This document shows, piece after piece, positions 28,331 to 36,977 of a stretch of DNA of 63,231 bases (position 1 is the stretch's first letter; the number at the start of each line of letters is the position of its first letter). The stretch is from positions 1-63,231 of the IMG/VR virus record IMGVR_UViG_3300018421_000024; one strand, 5' to 3'. The DNA comes from a virus. Taxonomy: Duplodnaviria; Caudoviricetes. The notes below the pieces were generated by a model. It saw nothing but the letters and a program-made list of their open reading frames with translations, did no database searches and was not told the DNA's origin. The translations under genes were made by a program, and so were the position numbers.

Positions 28331-29398
28331 CTACAATTTAAATCCTTTGAATGTTGATTCGTCTACGTCTTTTTTGATTCCTCCGACAATATAGGAAGTA
28401 ATTTCTGTTTCTTGAGGAGCGACCTGTACATCAGAACCGCTAATCCATTTTTCTGTCCAAGGCAAAGGGTTGTTTGAAGTTCTAGAGCCTAGACCGATTG
28501 AATGAAGTCTTTTTGCAACAATGAAGTCAACATAATCACATAACAGATTCTCGTTTAATCCAATCATTGATCCGTCTTTGAATAGATACTTCGCCCATTC
28601 TTTTTCCTGTCGTGCAACATCTTGAAAAATTTGCATGACTTCATCTTCGCACTCTTCTGCTATTTTAGCGTAATCACTGTCCTCTTTTCTCAACAACTTA
28701 ATCATCTGTTGCGTTGATGCCATGTGTATGTTCTCATCGCGAGCAATAAACTTAATGATCTTCGCATTACCTTCCATCTTCTTGAGTTCAGCAAAAGCCC
28801 ACGAACAGGCAAATGACACATAGAATCGAACACCTTCCAATGCATTGACAGCATTCAAACACAACCACAATGCTTTCTTATGTGCATATGATCCATAAAT
28901 GTCACGTTTTTTGGTGATGTTAATTAGTCCGTCATAATACTTAGAGATAGATTCAGCACAGTCAACAATTTCTTGAATGTCTAACATCTCATCGAATACT
29001 CTTGAAGGGTCGCTGTAGATATTACGAATGATATGCGTATACGAACGAGAGTGAATAGTCTCAAAGAATGACCAAGAGATGATCCAATTTTCCAGTTCAG
29101 GTAACGAACAGATATTGAGAAACGCCTCAATAGGTCCTCGGCCTTGTACACTGTCGAGAAGAATCTGTCGTTTCAGATTGCTGGTAAAGATGTGTTGTTC
29201 ATGATCATTCAACGTTTTGAAATCTTTACCGTCACGACTAATATCAACCTCTTCTGGTCTCCAGAAAAACCCTAGTTGTTTTTCAGTAAGTTTTTCGAAG
29301 ATTGTATAGCGTTGCTTATCATACCGAGCTATATTTAATGACTCACCAAAAAATGCTGGTTGAGTCATGTTATCAACAAACTTATTGTTAAAGATCAT
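28331..29398 (-). CDS. nrdB: Ribonucleotide reductase class Ia beta subunit
   Basis: FFWRPEEVD; ETIHSRSY; LEGVRFYVSF; RDENIH; VAPQETE. Confidence 0.98.
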   Translation of the reverse strand: MIFNNKFVDNMTQPAFFGESLNIARYDKQRYTIFEKLTEKQLGFFWRPEEVDISRDGKDFKTLNDHEQHIFTSNLKRQILLDSVQGRGPIEAFLNICSLPELENWIISWSFFETIHSRSYTHIIRNIYSDPSRVFDEMLDIQEIVDCAESISKYYDGLINITKKRDIYGSYAHKKALWLCLNAVNALEGVRFYVSFACSWAFAELKKMEGNAKIIKFIARDENIHMASTQQMIKLLRKEDSDYAKIAEECEDEVMQIFQDVARQEKEWAKYLFKDGSMIGLNENLLCDYVDFIVAKRLHSIGLGSRTSNNPLPWTEKWISGSDVQVAPQETEITSYIVGGIKKDVDESTFKGFKL

Positions 29399-29399
29399 T

Positions 29400-29690
29400 T
29401 TAATCCTCTAGATCAAGAGTAAATGTTACATCAATGTCGCCTAGATCATCTAGATCAGATAAAGTAAAGTTTGTATGACAAATATCATCATTGATATCGT
29501 AACTTATATTCTCAGGAAAAACTTGTATTTCTCCTGTATTGGTAACAGTTGTTTCCAGATCATAGTCATCAAAAGAAACGTTCACCGTGATATCCTCTTC
29601 GGTTTGTTTTTTGAAGATTCTATCCCAATTGTCATCGAATGTTTTTTTACCAATATTCATAGGCCTTCTCTTGCTCCCTTTACCAGACAT
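29400..29690 (-). CDS. Hypothetical protein
   Basis: GKGSKRRP...F.DNWDRIF N-terminus; acidic tail. Confidence 0.65.
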   Translation of the reverse strand: MSGKGSKRRPMNIGKKTFDDNWDRIFKKQTEEDITVNVSFDDYDLETTVTNTGEIQVFPENISYDINDDICHTNFTLSDLDDLGDIDVTFTLDLED

Positions 29691-29698
29691 TTCTCACC

Positions 29699-31981
29699 TC
29701 AAATTTTACATGATTCACAGTCATCATCTTCGACTGTACTTTGTTGTAGTTCAGTTGTTTCTCTATCTTCAATTTCACCCGCACCATCATATGTATTAAA
29801 ATAATATAACTGTTTTCCACCATACTTGTAAAAAGTCAGTACATCTTTCAACATATCAGACAGAGGAATTTTCTCATCTTCATAATGCAAAGGATTATAA
29901 CTTGTGTTTACACTGATACCTTGATCAATAAATTTTTGAAGAACCGCACAAATCTTTAGGTAACCTTCAGGTGATTTTTGATCCCACAACAAGTCATACT
30001 TGTTTTTTAATTTATGTATACCGGGAACTACCTGCTTCAGAACACCGTCTTTAGACTGTTTGATAGACACCAGGGAACGCGGTGGTTCAATTCCGTTGGT
30101 GCTGTTACTGATCTGTGCAGATGTCTCCGCAGGCATCAAGGCCATCAATGTAGAGTTACGAATACCAGTCTCCATCAGTTGATGGCGCAGTGAGTTCCAA
30201 TCCATATTATACTCTGGTACTACCAGTTCGTCAACATCTTTCTTGTATGTATCAATCGGTACTGTACCTCGACCATACTTCGTATCATTGTTTTTCAGAC
30301 AGGCGCCTTTCTCTTTTGCAAGATCAGCAGATGCTTGAATCAAATAGAATGACCATGCTTCTGCGTATTCATGTTCCAACTTCAGATCCGGTTCTTGATA
30401 TGTTGATCCGTGTTTTGCAAGAAAGTATGCAAGATTGATAATACCAACACCCAGAGGTCTGCGATTCTTTGTAGACTTATGTGCCGCAACTACTGGATAA
30501 TCTTGATAATCTAATAGTGCATCAAGACAACGCACTGCAAGTGTACAGGGTTTTTCAAAGTCTTCTGGCTTTTTAACTTTACCCCAATTGATTGCAGCAA
30601 GTGTACATAAACTAATCTCGCCTTCATCGTCAAAAATATTTGTCAGAGGTTTAGTCGGTAGATTAATTTCACAACAGAGATTTGATTGTTTGATTGGCGC
30701 AATTTTAGGATCAAAAGATGAATGGTCATTGGCGTTATCAACATTCATCAAATAGATACGTCCAGTGTCCTTCCTCTCTTGCATAAACGAAGCAAAGAGA
30801 TCAGATGCAGGTACTGTTTTCTTTCGAACAGAATATGCTCTCTCATATTTTTCATACAACTCTTTGAATTTTTCTGAATCTTCAAAAAACGCATCATAGA
30901 GACCGGGTACATCATTCGGCGAAAACAGAGTAATGTTCTCTCCTGCCAATAGACGTTCATAAAACAAACGGCTGAATTGAACGCCGTAGTCCATATGACG
31001 TACACGATTCTCTTCAGTACCTTTATTGTTCTTTAGTACAAGAAGGTCTTCTACTTCGAAGTGCCAGATCGGGTAGTAAACAGTAGCTGCTCCACCGCGC
31101 ACACCGCCCTGTGAACAGGACTTAACAGCACTTTGAAAATATTTAAGGAAAGGTGTGACACCAGTATGAGAAGTGTCACCACTCCTAATAGTAGAACCAA
31201 TAGCACGGATGCGACCGGCACCGATGCCGATTCCAGCTTTTTGAGAAACATACTTGACGATTGCGCTTGATGTTGCATTGATAGAATCCAGTGAGTCATC
31301 AGTTTCAATTAATACGCACGAGGAGAATTGTCTCTGAGGTGTGCGTACACCTGCCATGATAGGAGTCGGAAGACTAATATCAAAGTTACTTAATGCGTTA
31401 TACAGATCAACAACCCACTGTAATCTGTCTTCGCCGTAATTGCTAAACAACGTCATTGCGATACACATCATTGCCATCTGTGGCGTTTCATGTATCTGTC
31501 CAGTGACACGGTTTTTAACAAGATATTTTCCGCGCATTTGTTCCATTGCGGCATACGTTAAATCAAAATCTCTATCGTGCGCGATCTTTGTGTTCAGCCA
31601 TTCGATATCATCACGTGAGTACTTGTCCATTAATACACCATCGTATCGAAAATTGCCTACTTGTTCAACGATATGTTCTGTCAAAGAAGGAGGTTCAAAT
31701 TTACCATAGACCTCTTTCCTTAATGCGTAGTTGATCAGTCTACCGGCAACGTACTGGTAGTTTGGAGAATCTTCTGTGATCAGATCGGCGGCTGCTTTAA
31801 TCAACGTCTCTTGTATATCAACAGTCTTGATGTTGTTATAAAACTGTAGATGCGTTTTGATCTCTAGCTCTGAAGGAGAAACACCAGTCAAACCTTCACA
31901 TGCAAAATGTGCAACTTTGTGAAACTTGTTTAGGTCAAGAACTTCTTTATCACCATTTCTTTTTATTACTTGTGTATCCAT
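29699..31981 (-). CDS. nrdA: Ribonucleotide reductase class Ia alpha subunit
   Basis: ATP cone VIKRNG; QFSSC; SNLCCEI; C-terminal CESC. Confidence 0.98.
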   Translation of the reverse strand: MDTQVIKRNGDKEVLDLNKFHKVAHFACEGLTGVSPSELEIKTHLQFYNNIKTVDIQETLIKAAADLITEDSPNYQYVAGRLINYALRKEVYGKFEPPSLTEHIVEQVGNFRYDGVLMDKYSRDDIEWLNTKIAHDRDFDLTYAAMEQMRGKYLVKNRVTGQIHETPQMAMMCIAMTLFSNYGEDRLQWVVDLYNALSNFDISLPTPIMAGVRTPQRQFSSCVLIETDDSLDSINATSSAIVKYVSQKAGIGIGAGRIRAIGSTIRSGDTSHTGVTPFLKYFQSAVKSCSQGGVRGGAATVYYPIWHFEVEDLLVLKNNKGTEENRVRHMDYGVQFSRLFYERLLAGENITLFSPNDVPGLYDAFFEDSEKFKELYEKYERAYSVRKKTVPASDLFASFMQERKDTGRIYLMNVDNANDHSSFDPKIAPIKQSNLCCEINLPTKPLTNIFDDEGEISLCTLAAINWGKVKKPEDFEKPCTLAVRCLDALLDYQDYPVVAAHKSTKNRRPLGVGIINLAYFLAKHGSTYQEPDLKLEHEYAEAWSFYLIQASADLAKEKGACLKNNDTKYGRGTVPIDTYKKDVDELVVPEYNMDWNSLRHQLMETGIRNSTLMALMPAETSAQISNSTNGIEPPRSLVSIKQSKDGVLKQVVPGIHKLKNKYDLLWDQKSPEGYLKICAVLQKFIDQGISVNTSYNPLHYEDEKIPLSDMLKDVLTFYKYGGKQLYYFNTYDGAGEIEDRETTELQQSTVEDDDCESCKI

Positions 31982-32451
31982 TATAACCCTGCCTCTTCTA
32001 AGGTCATGTCAATTGCGCCAGACTCAATTAACTTGCGTCTATTATTCATATGCATTTGTTGTATTTCTTCTTTGCTGCCGCCTAGATACGGTGTGGCATA
32101 ACCGTCACGTAACATAATGTCGCTGAGTTCAATCCATGCATCAGTAGTAGCGTCAAAAACAATAAAGGTTCCCAGTGTTCGACCGTACTTACCGCTTGCA
32201 TCATAGGCCTTCGTTACAAGTGTTTGTCGAGATCCAACTGGTAAGGTAGATTCTACGAAACTTTTGCTGAGCAATCCAAATTGTTTTTCTACTAGGTCGG
32301 TTGTTCTGCTTTCCGGCGCGTCAATGCCGCTTAAGCGAATTCTGCAATTTCTTTTCCACATATCAAAACCGAGATCAACAGAAACATCAACAGTGTCACC
32401 GTCTACAACGCGGTCTATGATACAACTATACTGGTACATTCTCATCTCCAT
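31981..32451 (-). CDS. Thermonuclease (SNase-like)
   Basis: RVVDGDTVD; RIRLSGIDAPE; GKYGR. Confidence 0.9.
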   Translation of the reverse strand: MEMRMYQYSCIIDRVVDGDTVDVSVDLGFDMWKRNCRIRLSGIDAPESRTTDLVEKQFGLLSKSFVESTLPVGSRQTLVTKAYDASGKYGRTLGTFIVFDATTDAWIELSDIMLRDGYATPYLGGSKEEIQQMHMNNRRKLIESGAIDMTLEEAGL

Positions 32452-32698
32452 AAAGTTTTTTAAATTCCATCAGGTTCATATCACGTGTTGCAAAAGAACC
32501 TACGCCCAGAACATAATTTTCGGCAACATCTTCTGCCCACCTTTCAGACTTATCTGAAAAAAGTTCTGTCCATATTAATTTATCCTTATTGTAAAATCTA
32601 ACATAGAAATGATAATCGTCTTTGCAGACATCCGCTCTGCGTCCAGCATAATCAGATGGTTTATCGCCGTAGTAAGTAGAGATAACTTTTTCAATCAT
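32426..32698 (-). CDS. Hypothetical protein
   Basis: AEDVAENYVLG motif; downstream of primase; start uncertain. Confidence 0.65.
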   Translation of the reverse strand: MIEKVISTYYGDKPSDYAGRRADVCKDDYHFYVRFYNKDKLIWTELFSDKSERWAEDVAENYVLGVGSFATRDMNLMEFKKLYGDENVPV

Positions 32699-33714
32699 GT
32701 TCTTCTCCATGCAGTAAATAATAATTTTGCTTCTAGACCTTGCGAGGTGTTATTGTTTAACAATTTGTTTATGTTGTTGCACTCTTTCTCGTTTATCATG
32801 TCGTTAACATCTTTCTGTTTGATAAATTCAGGCCATATAACCACTTTGTGATTCATATCGACCACTTTCTGTATTTTAGCGCAGGTTTCTTTTGAACGAG
32901 GTTCATTATCATAAACGAATACCGAATTCTTATTAACAAAAGTCCAATCGATAGATCCACCGGCCATTGCGATTGAGTTCTCAACGAACATACTATCAAT
33001 TGGTCCCTCCAATATATAGTGTACTTTATTTCTGTCACATGTGTCAAGACCAAATATTTTAGGTTTACTATCATTTAACATTATTGTGATATAACGAATA
33101 GAGTTATTAGAGAAAGCACGGCCTTGAAAACCGAAAAGATTTTTTTCTTCATCAAGAAATGGTATGATCAACCGAGGTTCATCATTTTTTTCACTCTGAA
33201 ATTTATCAGGAACTATCGAATTAACAAACTTCTTGAATTTAGGTGCATAGAACAGTTTAGAGTGATAAGTATTAGGTATGTCTCTATTGATAACATACTT
33301 TTTGACAGGATGATCCCATGCCAATTGAGATACTTTTTTTAGTTGTCGAAGAGGTGTTGCTTTGATAAAAGAAGGCGTCTTCATCTTATCAGCAAACAAT
33401 TCTACATCACTCTTGACATGGTTAGTGCCAGACAATGAAAGTTTTTCAAATGAATATTCTTTAAACAGAGAGTTGTCTATTGTCTCAATAAACTTGGATA
33501 GACCGAGTGTAATGTTGCAGTTGTGACAATGATATAAGTAACCACCATCATCAGAAGGAAAAAGAAAACCTCTGGCTTTACTTCTATTTTTTTGAGAGTC
33601 ACCACAGATAGGGCAACGGAAGTTATATGTCTTGTTACTTACTCTACGGAATCGTTCAAGTCTAGAAGACACAAGACCAATATACTTTTGGTCCAACCAC
33701 ATAATATACTCCAA
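32695..33714 (-). CDS. gp61: DNA primase gp61
   Basis: CPICGDS..K.RG..CHNC zinc finger; GFQGR; EGPIDS; DNEPR; KDVND. Confidence 0.96.
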   Translation of the reverse strand: MEYIMWLDQKYIGLVSSRLERFRRVSNKTYNFRCPICGDSQKNRSKARGFLFPSDDGGYLYHCHNCNITLGLSKFIETIDNSLFKEYSFEKLSLSGTNHVKSDVELFADKMKTPSFIKATPLRQLKKVSQLAWDHPVKKYVINRDIPNTYHSKLFYAPKFKKFVNSIVPDKFQSEKNDEPRLIIPFLDEEKNLFGFQGRAFSNNSIRYITIMLNDSKPKIFGLDTCDRNKVHYILEGPIDSMFVENSIAMAGGSIDWTFVNKNSVFVYDNEPRSKETCAKIQKVVDMNHKVVIWPEFIKQKDVNDMINEKECNNINKLLNNNTSQGLEAKLLFTAWRRT

Positions 33715-33739
33715 ATAATATTCAATACGCTACACAGCG

Positions 33740-33768
33740 ATTGTATCAATTATGCACTATGTTGTCAA
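33740..33768 (-). promoter_or_regulatory. sigma70-type promoter for primase
   Basis: TTGACA-17-TACAAT with TG extension. Confidence 0.75.
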
Positions 33769-34061
33769 CCAGCAATGAAATGAGATGCGAATGCTGCGGC
33801 GGCTACACTGATTGCGATCCAGAACAATCTAGAAATAGTGTTCATCTGACTTTCTTGTTTAACTAATCTTGACTCAATCTCATCTAACTTTCTACCATGA
33901 GCATTCAGACGGTCGTAAGCCGCGGTGTTATTTTTTTCCATTGAGACGAGTTTTTCCTCGGTACGCGCAAGTGCAACCATAGCGTCAGATAACTGGTCGA
34001 TCTTTTTTTCTATTCTATCTAAACGACCGTCATCGCGGCGTCTTTCTGGACCGTCATACAT
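33765..34061 (-). CDS. Coiled-coil protein with C-terminal TM (possible lysis accessory)
   Basis: RLDRIEKKID coiled coil, C-terminal hydrophobic helix; next to spanin-like pair. Confidence 0.6.
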   Translation of the reverse strand: MYDGPERRRDDGRLDRIEKKIDQLSDAMVALARTEEKLVSMEKNNTAAYDRLNAHGRKLDEIESRLVKQESQMNTISRLFWIAISVAAAAFASHFIAG

Positions 34062-34063
34062 CT

Positions 34064-34510
34064 TTAATTTCCTAAGAAAGGTATTTTGAAATTACTATCA
34101 GATGTATCAGAAACAACCTCTTCGGTCTCTTCAGGCACGTCCGACAATTCTGCTATGCTTTGCTCATAATAAACTAAGATTGCTTTTTGTTGATTAATAT
34201 ATCTTCTCAACTCTGCAACATTCATCGAAATGTTTTCGTAATCAGGAATGCTTATCGCAAAGAAAACAAGATCGCCATTTTCTTTTTCAAATCTTTCTAC
34301 AAACTCATCTATGTTTTCTGTAGTTACTGCATAAAACTCTATATCAAAAAGATTCACCGGCTTCGGGTGTGGTTGAACCGGTATTGTCTTAGAAACATAC
34401 TTAGTTCTAAGTATGACTCTTTCTTGTACTGTCGTACAACCTATTAGGCTACTGATCAGTAGCAGCGCCAGTATCGGCTTCAAGGTCTTTAAAAATTTGT
34501 GCAGTCGCAT
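34064..34510 (-). CDS. Putative o-spanin lipoprotein
   Basis: Signal peptide with lipobox LIGC; overlaps upstream gene; start uncertain. Confidence 0.6.
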   Translation of the reverse strand: MRLHKFLKTLKPILALLLISSLIGCTTVQERVILRTKYVSKTIPVQPHPKPVNLFDIEFYAVTTENIDEFVERFEKENGDLVFFAISIPDYENISMNVAELRRYINQQKAILVYYEQSIAELSDVPEETEEVVSDTSDSNFKIPFLGN

Positions 34511-34826
34511 TGTTTACCCTTGTCTCTATCATTCCTGGTCTTTGCAGTGTCAATTTTGTTAAGTCATGATCTCTCAATTTGTTTATCAACTCATCCTGAT
34601 ATTCTTCTGCTTCTTCTGCTCTTTCTCTTAATGCATCAATCTGTCTCTGCGCGACTTCAAAATTATTTCGTATCGTCTCTAATGACTCAGCATTGTCTCT
34701 TGCAGCAACCGTCAATTGTATATTGTTCTCTCGTAAATTTGCAATTGTTTCTTGCGTGTCTGTGTAATAGAAATAACCACCACCAAAGATGCCAGTGAAA
34801 AGTAATATCATAAACAACAATTGCAT
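34449..34826 (-). CDS. Putative i-spanin
   Basis: N-terminal TM plus long coiled coil; overlaps the lipoprotein gene. Confidence 0.6.
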   Translation of the reverse strand: MQLLFMILLFTGIFGGGYFYYTDTQETIANLRENNIQLTVAARDNAESLETIRNNFEVAQRQIDALRERAEEAEEYQDELINKLRDHDLTKLTLQRPGMIETRVNNATAQIFKDLEADTGAATDQ

Positions 34827-35335
34827 TATTTAAGTTCTCCAATAAGTCTATTCAGTAACTCTTGTTCTTTCTTGTTTCTTTTCTTTAACTTCTTCCTTGA
34901 TCGTTCTGGTACGCCTGGTTCACCATCTGGACCCACACCGATGCCTGCGATGTTACCACCGCCAGCCGCATTCGTAGGTATCTCTTCATTCAGTGATTCT
35001 ACTTCTTTCATGTAATGATGTAGGCATTCTTCTAGATATTCTAGATCATCAGGATCAAGTTCTTGTTCTTTGATTAACAACAGAGCGGCCGCAAACGTTC
35101 CCAACCTGCTTTTTCCACCGGGAATTTTGTTTAATAATTTTTTTAGATTACCAACAAGTCTGTCGAAGTATCCCCAAGACCGATCTTGTTCGCCAGTTCG
35201 ATCTTTCTTCGAGGTGATGACTTTTCCATCGGCGTCAATAACCCCTGTCTTGAATGCCTCCCACTCCTCAAAAGGAGTAACAAGTCTTTTCAAGAACATG
35301 TAAACTGCTGCTATGTCAAATACGCCTTTAGCCAC
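34826..35335 (-). CDS. Conserved T4-like hypothetical protein (61.1-like)
   Basis: Y.FLK.LVTPF..W.A.K.GVID..G; AAALLLIKE; GTG start. Confidence 0.8.
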   Translation of the reverse strand: MAKGVFDIAAVYMFLKRLVTPFEEWEAFKTGVIDADGKVITSKKDRTGEQDRSWGYFDRLVGNLKKLLNKIPGGKSRLGTFAAALLLIKEQELDPDDLEYLEECLHHYMKEVESLNEEIPTNAAGGGNIAGIGVGPDGEPGVPERSRKKLKKRNKKEQELLNRLIGELK

Positions 35336-35718
35336 TATATTTCCCTTAACTTGCCTGCTATAATTGCATCAATTACTATATCAGATGATCTAATTATTTC
35401 TTTCTCTGCAACATCATAGATAAAATCTGGCATGTAACTCATGTATACCAGAAATGTCTTTAAAATGGGCCAATGTTTTTCTTCTATCTTTAGAAAAAGC
35501 ATTCTTGTTACGGCATGATATTCAAAGACATTATATAGTGTAATCAAATGATTTAAAATCAGACGTTCTTTCAATTCATCGTTCTCATAATACCGAGTGA
35601 ACAATCTTTTCAAATATTTAAATCTTTTAATTTCTTCTTCAAATTCTTCATCAGCGTAGTATACAGATGTATAGTTTGCCGCCGCATAGAGATTAAAATT
35701 AGATTCATTCAAATTCAT
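35335..35718 (-). CDS. Conserved T4-like hypothetical protein
   Basis: RFKYLKRLF.RY...LKERLILNHLI.LYNVF. Confidence 0.85.
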   Translation of the reverse strand: MNLNESNFNLYAAANYTSVYYADEEFEEEIKRFKYLKRLFTRYYENDELKERLILNHLITLYNVFEYHAVTRMLFLKIEEKHWPILKTFLVYMSYMPDFIYDVAEKEIIRSSDIVIDAIIAGKLREI

Positions 35719-35740
35719 ATTATTTTTTCATTATGTACCT

Positions 35741-35794
35741 AAAAAAGTAACCCCACGGGGTGCGCTTGTTTTGTAAACAGAGGCGTGTGGGGTG
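35741..35794 (-). terminator. Long bulged hairpin plus U-tract
   Basis: CCCCAC...GTGGGG outer stem, TGTTT/AAACA inner stem, then TTACTTTTTT. Confidence 0.55.
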
Positions 35795-35801
35795 TTTTTA
35801 A

Positions 35802-36137
35802 TTAAGAATCAGGGAATTGCGTATCGTCAGCTGTACCTGAAGTATTCGCTACATCGGTTGTTGACTGGTTAGCAGTGTTACTTGAGTCGCCAGTAGCAAA
35901 TGCAGAAGCAGACAAAGCGACAAGTGTTTCGTGAAGTACACGACTGCCTACAGTTCTTCTGTAAACCCAACCAGGTCCTACAGAACCTTTGCCGTCACCA
36001 CGTGCAGCAACAGTTTCGTCAGCATCTACACCGAATACGGTTGAACCGAACTCAGTTTGTCCAGATTCACCGGTGTCGGCTCTTGCAACGAACTTGGGTG
36101 CGTCAGAATATTGGTCTCTTTTACCCCATAGTGCCAT
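35802..36137 (-). CDS. Putative virion structural protein
   Basis: MALWG.. and GWV.R...GSR...ETLVA motifs. Confidence 0.65.
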   Translation of the reverse strand: MALWGKRDQYSDAPKFVARADTGESGQTEFGSTVFGVDADETVAARGDGKGSVGPGWVYRRTVGSRVLHETLVALSASAFATGDSSNTANQSTTDVANTSGTADDTQFPDS

Positions 36138-36140
36138 TTT

Positions 36141-36419
36141 TTAATCCTCTTGGTTAATGATTAACATGTCTAGTAAATATTTTGATTTATTGCTTATCTC
36201 TTTCGCTTTACCATTAACAACAAGATAAGTTTTATTAACATCAAACTCAGTTGTATTATTTATATTGGCGTTCTTCTCAGGTTTTTCTTGTTCTGGTTTT
36301 CTCCAAGAAGGCGCCTCTTTGACGGATTTTTCCTCGACTTTTTCCGCGTCAACAGGCCGCCGGCGTTTTATCGTGCGGCCAGGTTTCGCGTCTTGTCTTG
36401 TTTCTCTCCAAGTAGCCAT
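36141..36419 (-). CDS. Hypothetical protein
   Basis: 92-aa charged ORF, tightly packed in late block. Confidence 0.6.
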   Translation of the reverse strand: MATWRETRQDAKPGRTIKRRRPVDAEKVEEKSVKEAPSWRKPEQEKPEKNANINNTTEFDVNKTYLVVNGKAKEISNKSKYLLDMLIINQED

Positions 36420-36977
36420 TTACTTGTCCTGTTTTTTTGCTCTCAATTTAGCGAGGTCTTCTGCATCGATATCATTATCGTCATCAACATCCATGTGCTT
36501 CAACTGAGCAGCAGAGAGTTTCTTTTTCTCTGAAATAAATTCACCGAAAGACATAAACGATTCTTTCTTCATCTTCTTGTGGCCGCCATGCGACTCTTGT
36601 ACCAACACAGTTACATCGTCATCGTCTACATGTACAGTCTCAATGCCGTGTTCAAACATGACTTTATACCATGCAACATGACCATTCTCGTCAGGCACAG
36701 CGTGTTCACCAAACAGAGCAGTACCTTCGTTCCACTCTTTGTGCATGATCTTACTTGCACACATATGCTTGTCGCCTTCAAGAGAACCTTTCTCTACACC
36801 GTCAATCTTCGACTCGTTGGTTGCTCTCAATGCTTTTTGAACACCAGGATGTTTTGACAAACCTCTGGCAATTCCTTCAATCTTGCGAACTGCTGATGTC
36901 ATATTCCCGCCTTTGACACGCGGATCATTAATGATACCATATGCCATCTTGATTTGTTTGTCAGTAAAATTAGCCAT
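36420..36977 (-). CDS. Modular putative internal head protein with C-terminal EF-hand-like loop
   Basis: Modules separated by ..NE and MSFGEFISE; DVDDDNDIDAED. Confidence 0.7.
   Translation of the reverse strand: MANFTDKQIKMAYGIINDPRVKGGNMTSAVRKIEGIARGLSKHPGVQKALRATNESKIDGVEKGSLEGDKHMCASKIMHKEWNEGTALFGEHAVPDENGHVAWYKVMFEHGIETVHVDDDDVTVLVQESHGGHKKMKKESFMSFGEFISEKKKLSAAQLKHMDVDDDNDIDAEDLAKLRAKKQDK

Noticed and set aside
28331-31981. Introns or inteins in nrdA/nrdB
   Set aside because: Both ORFs are continuous and of ordinary length
35741-35794. Riboswitch-like alternative fold
   Set aside because: The alternative ACCCC/GGGGU pairing has only a 2-nt loop; a terminator is the simpler explanation
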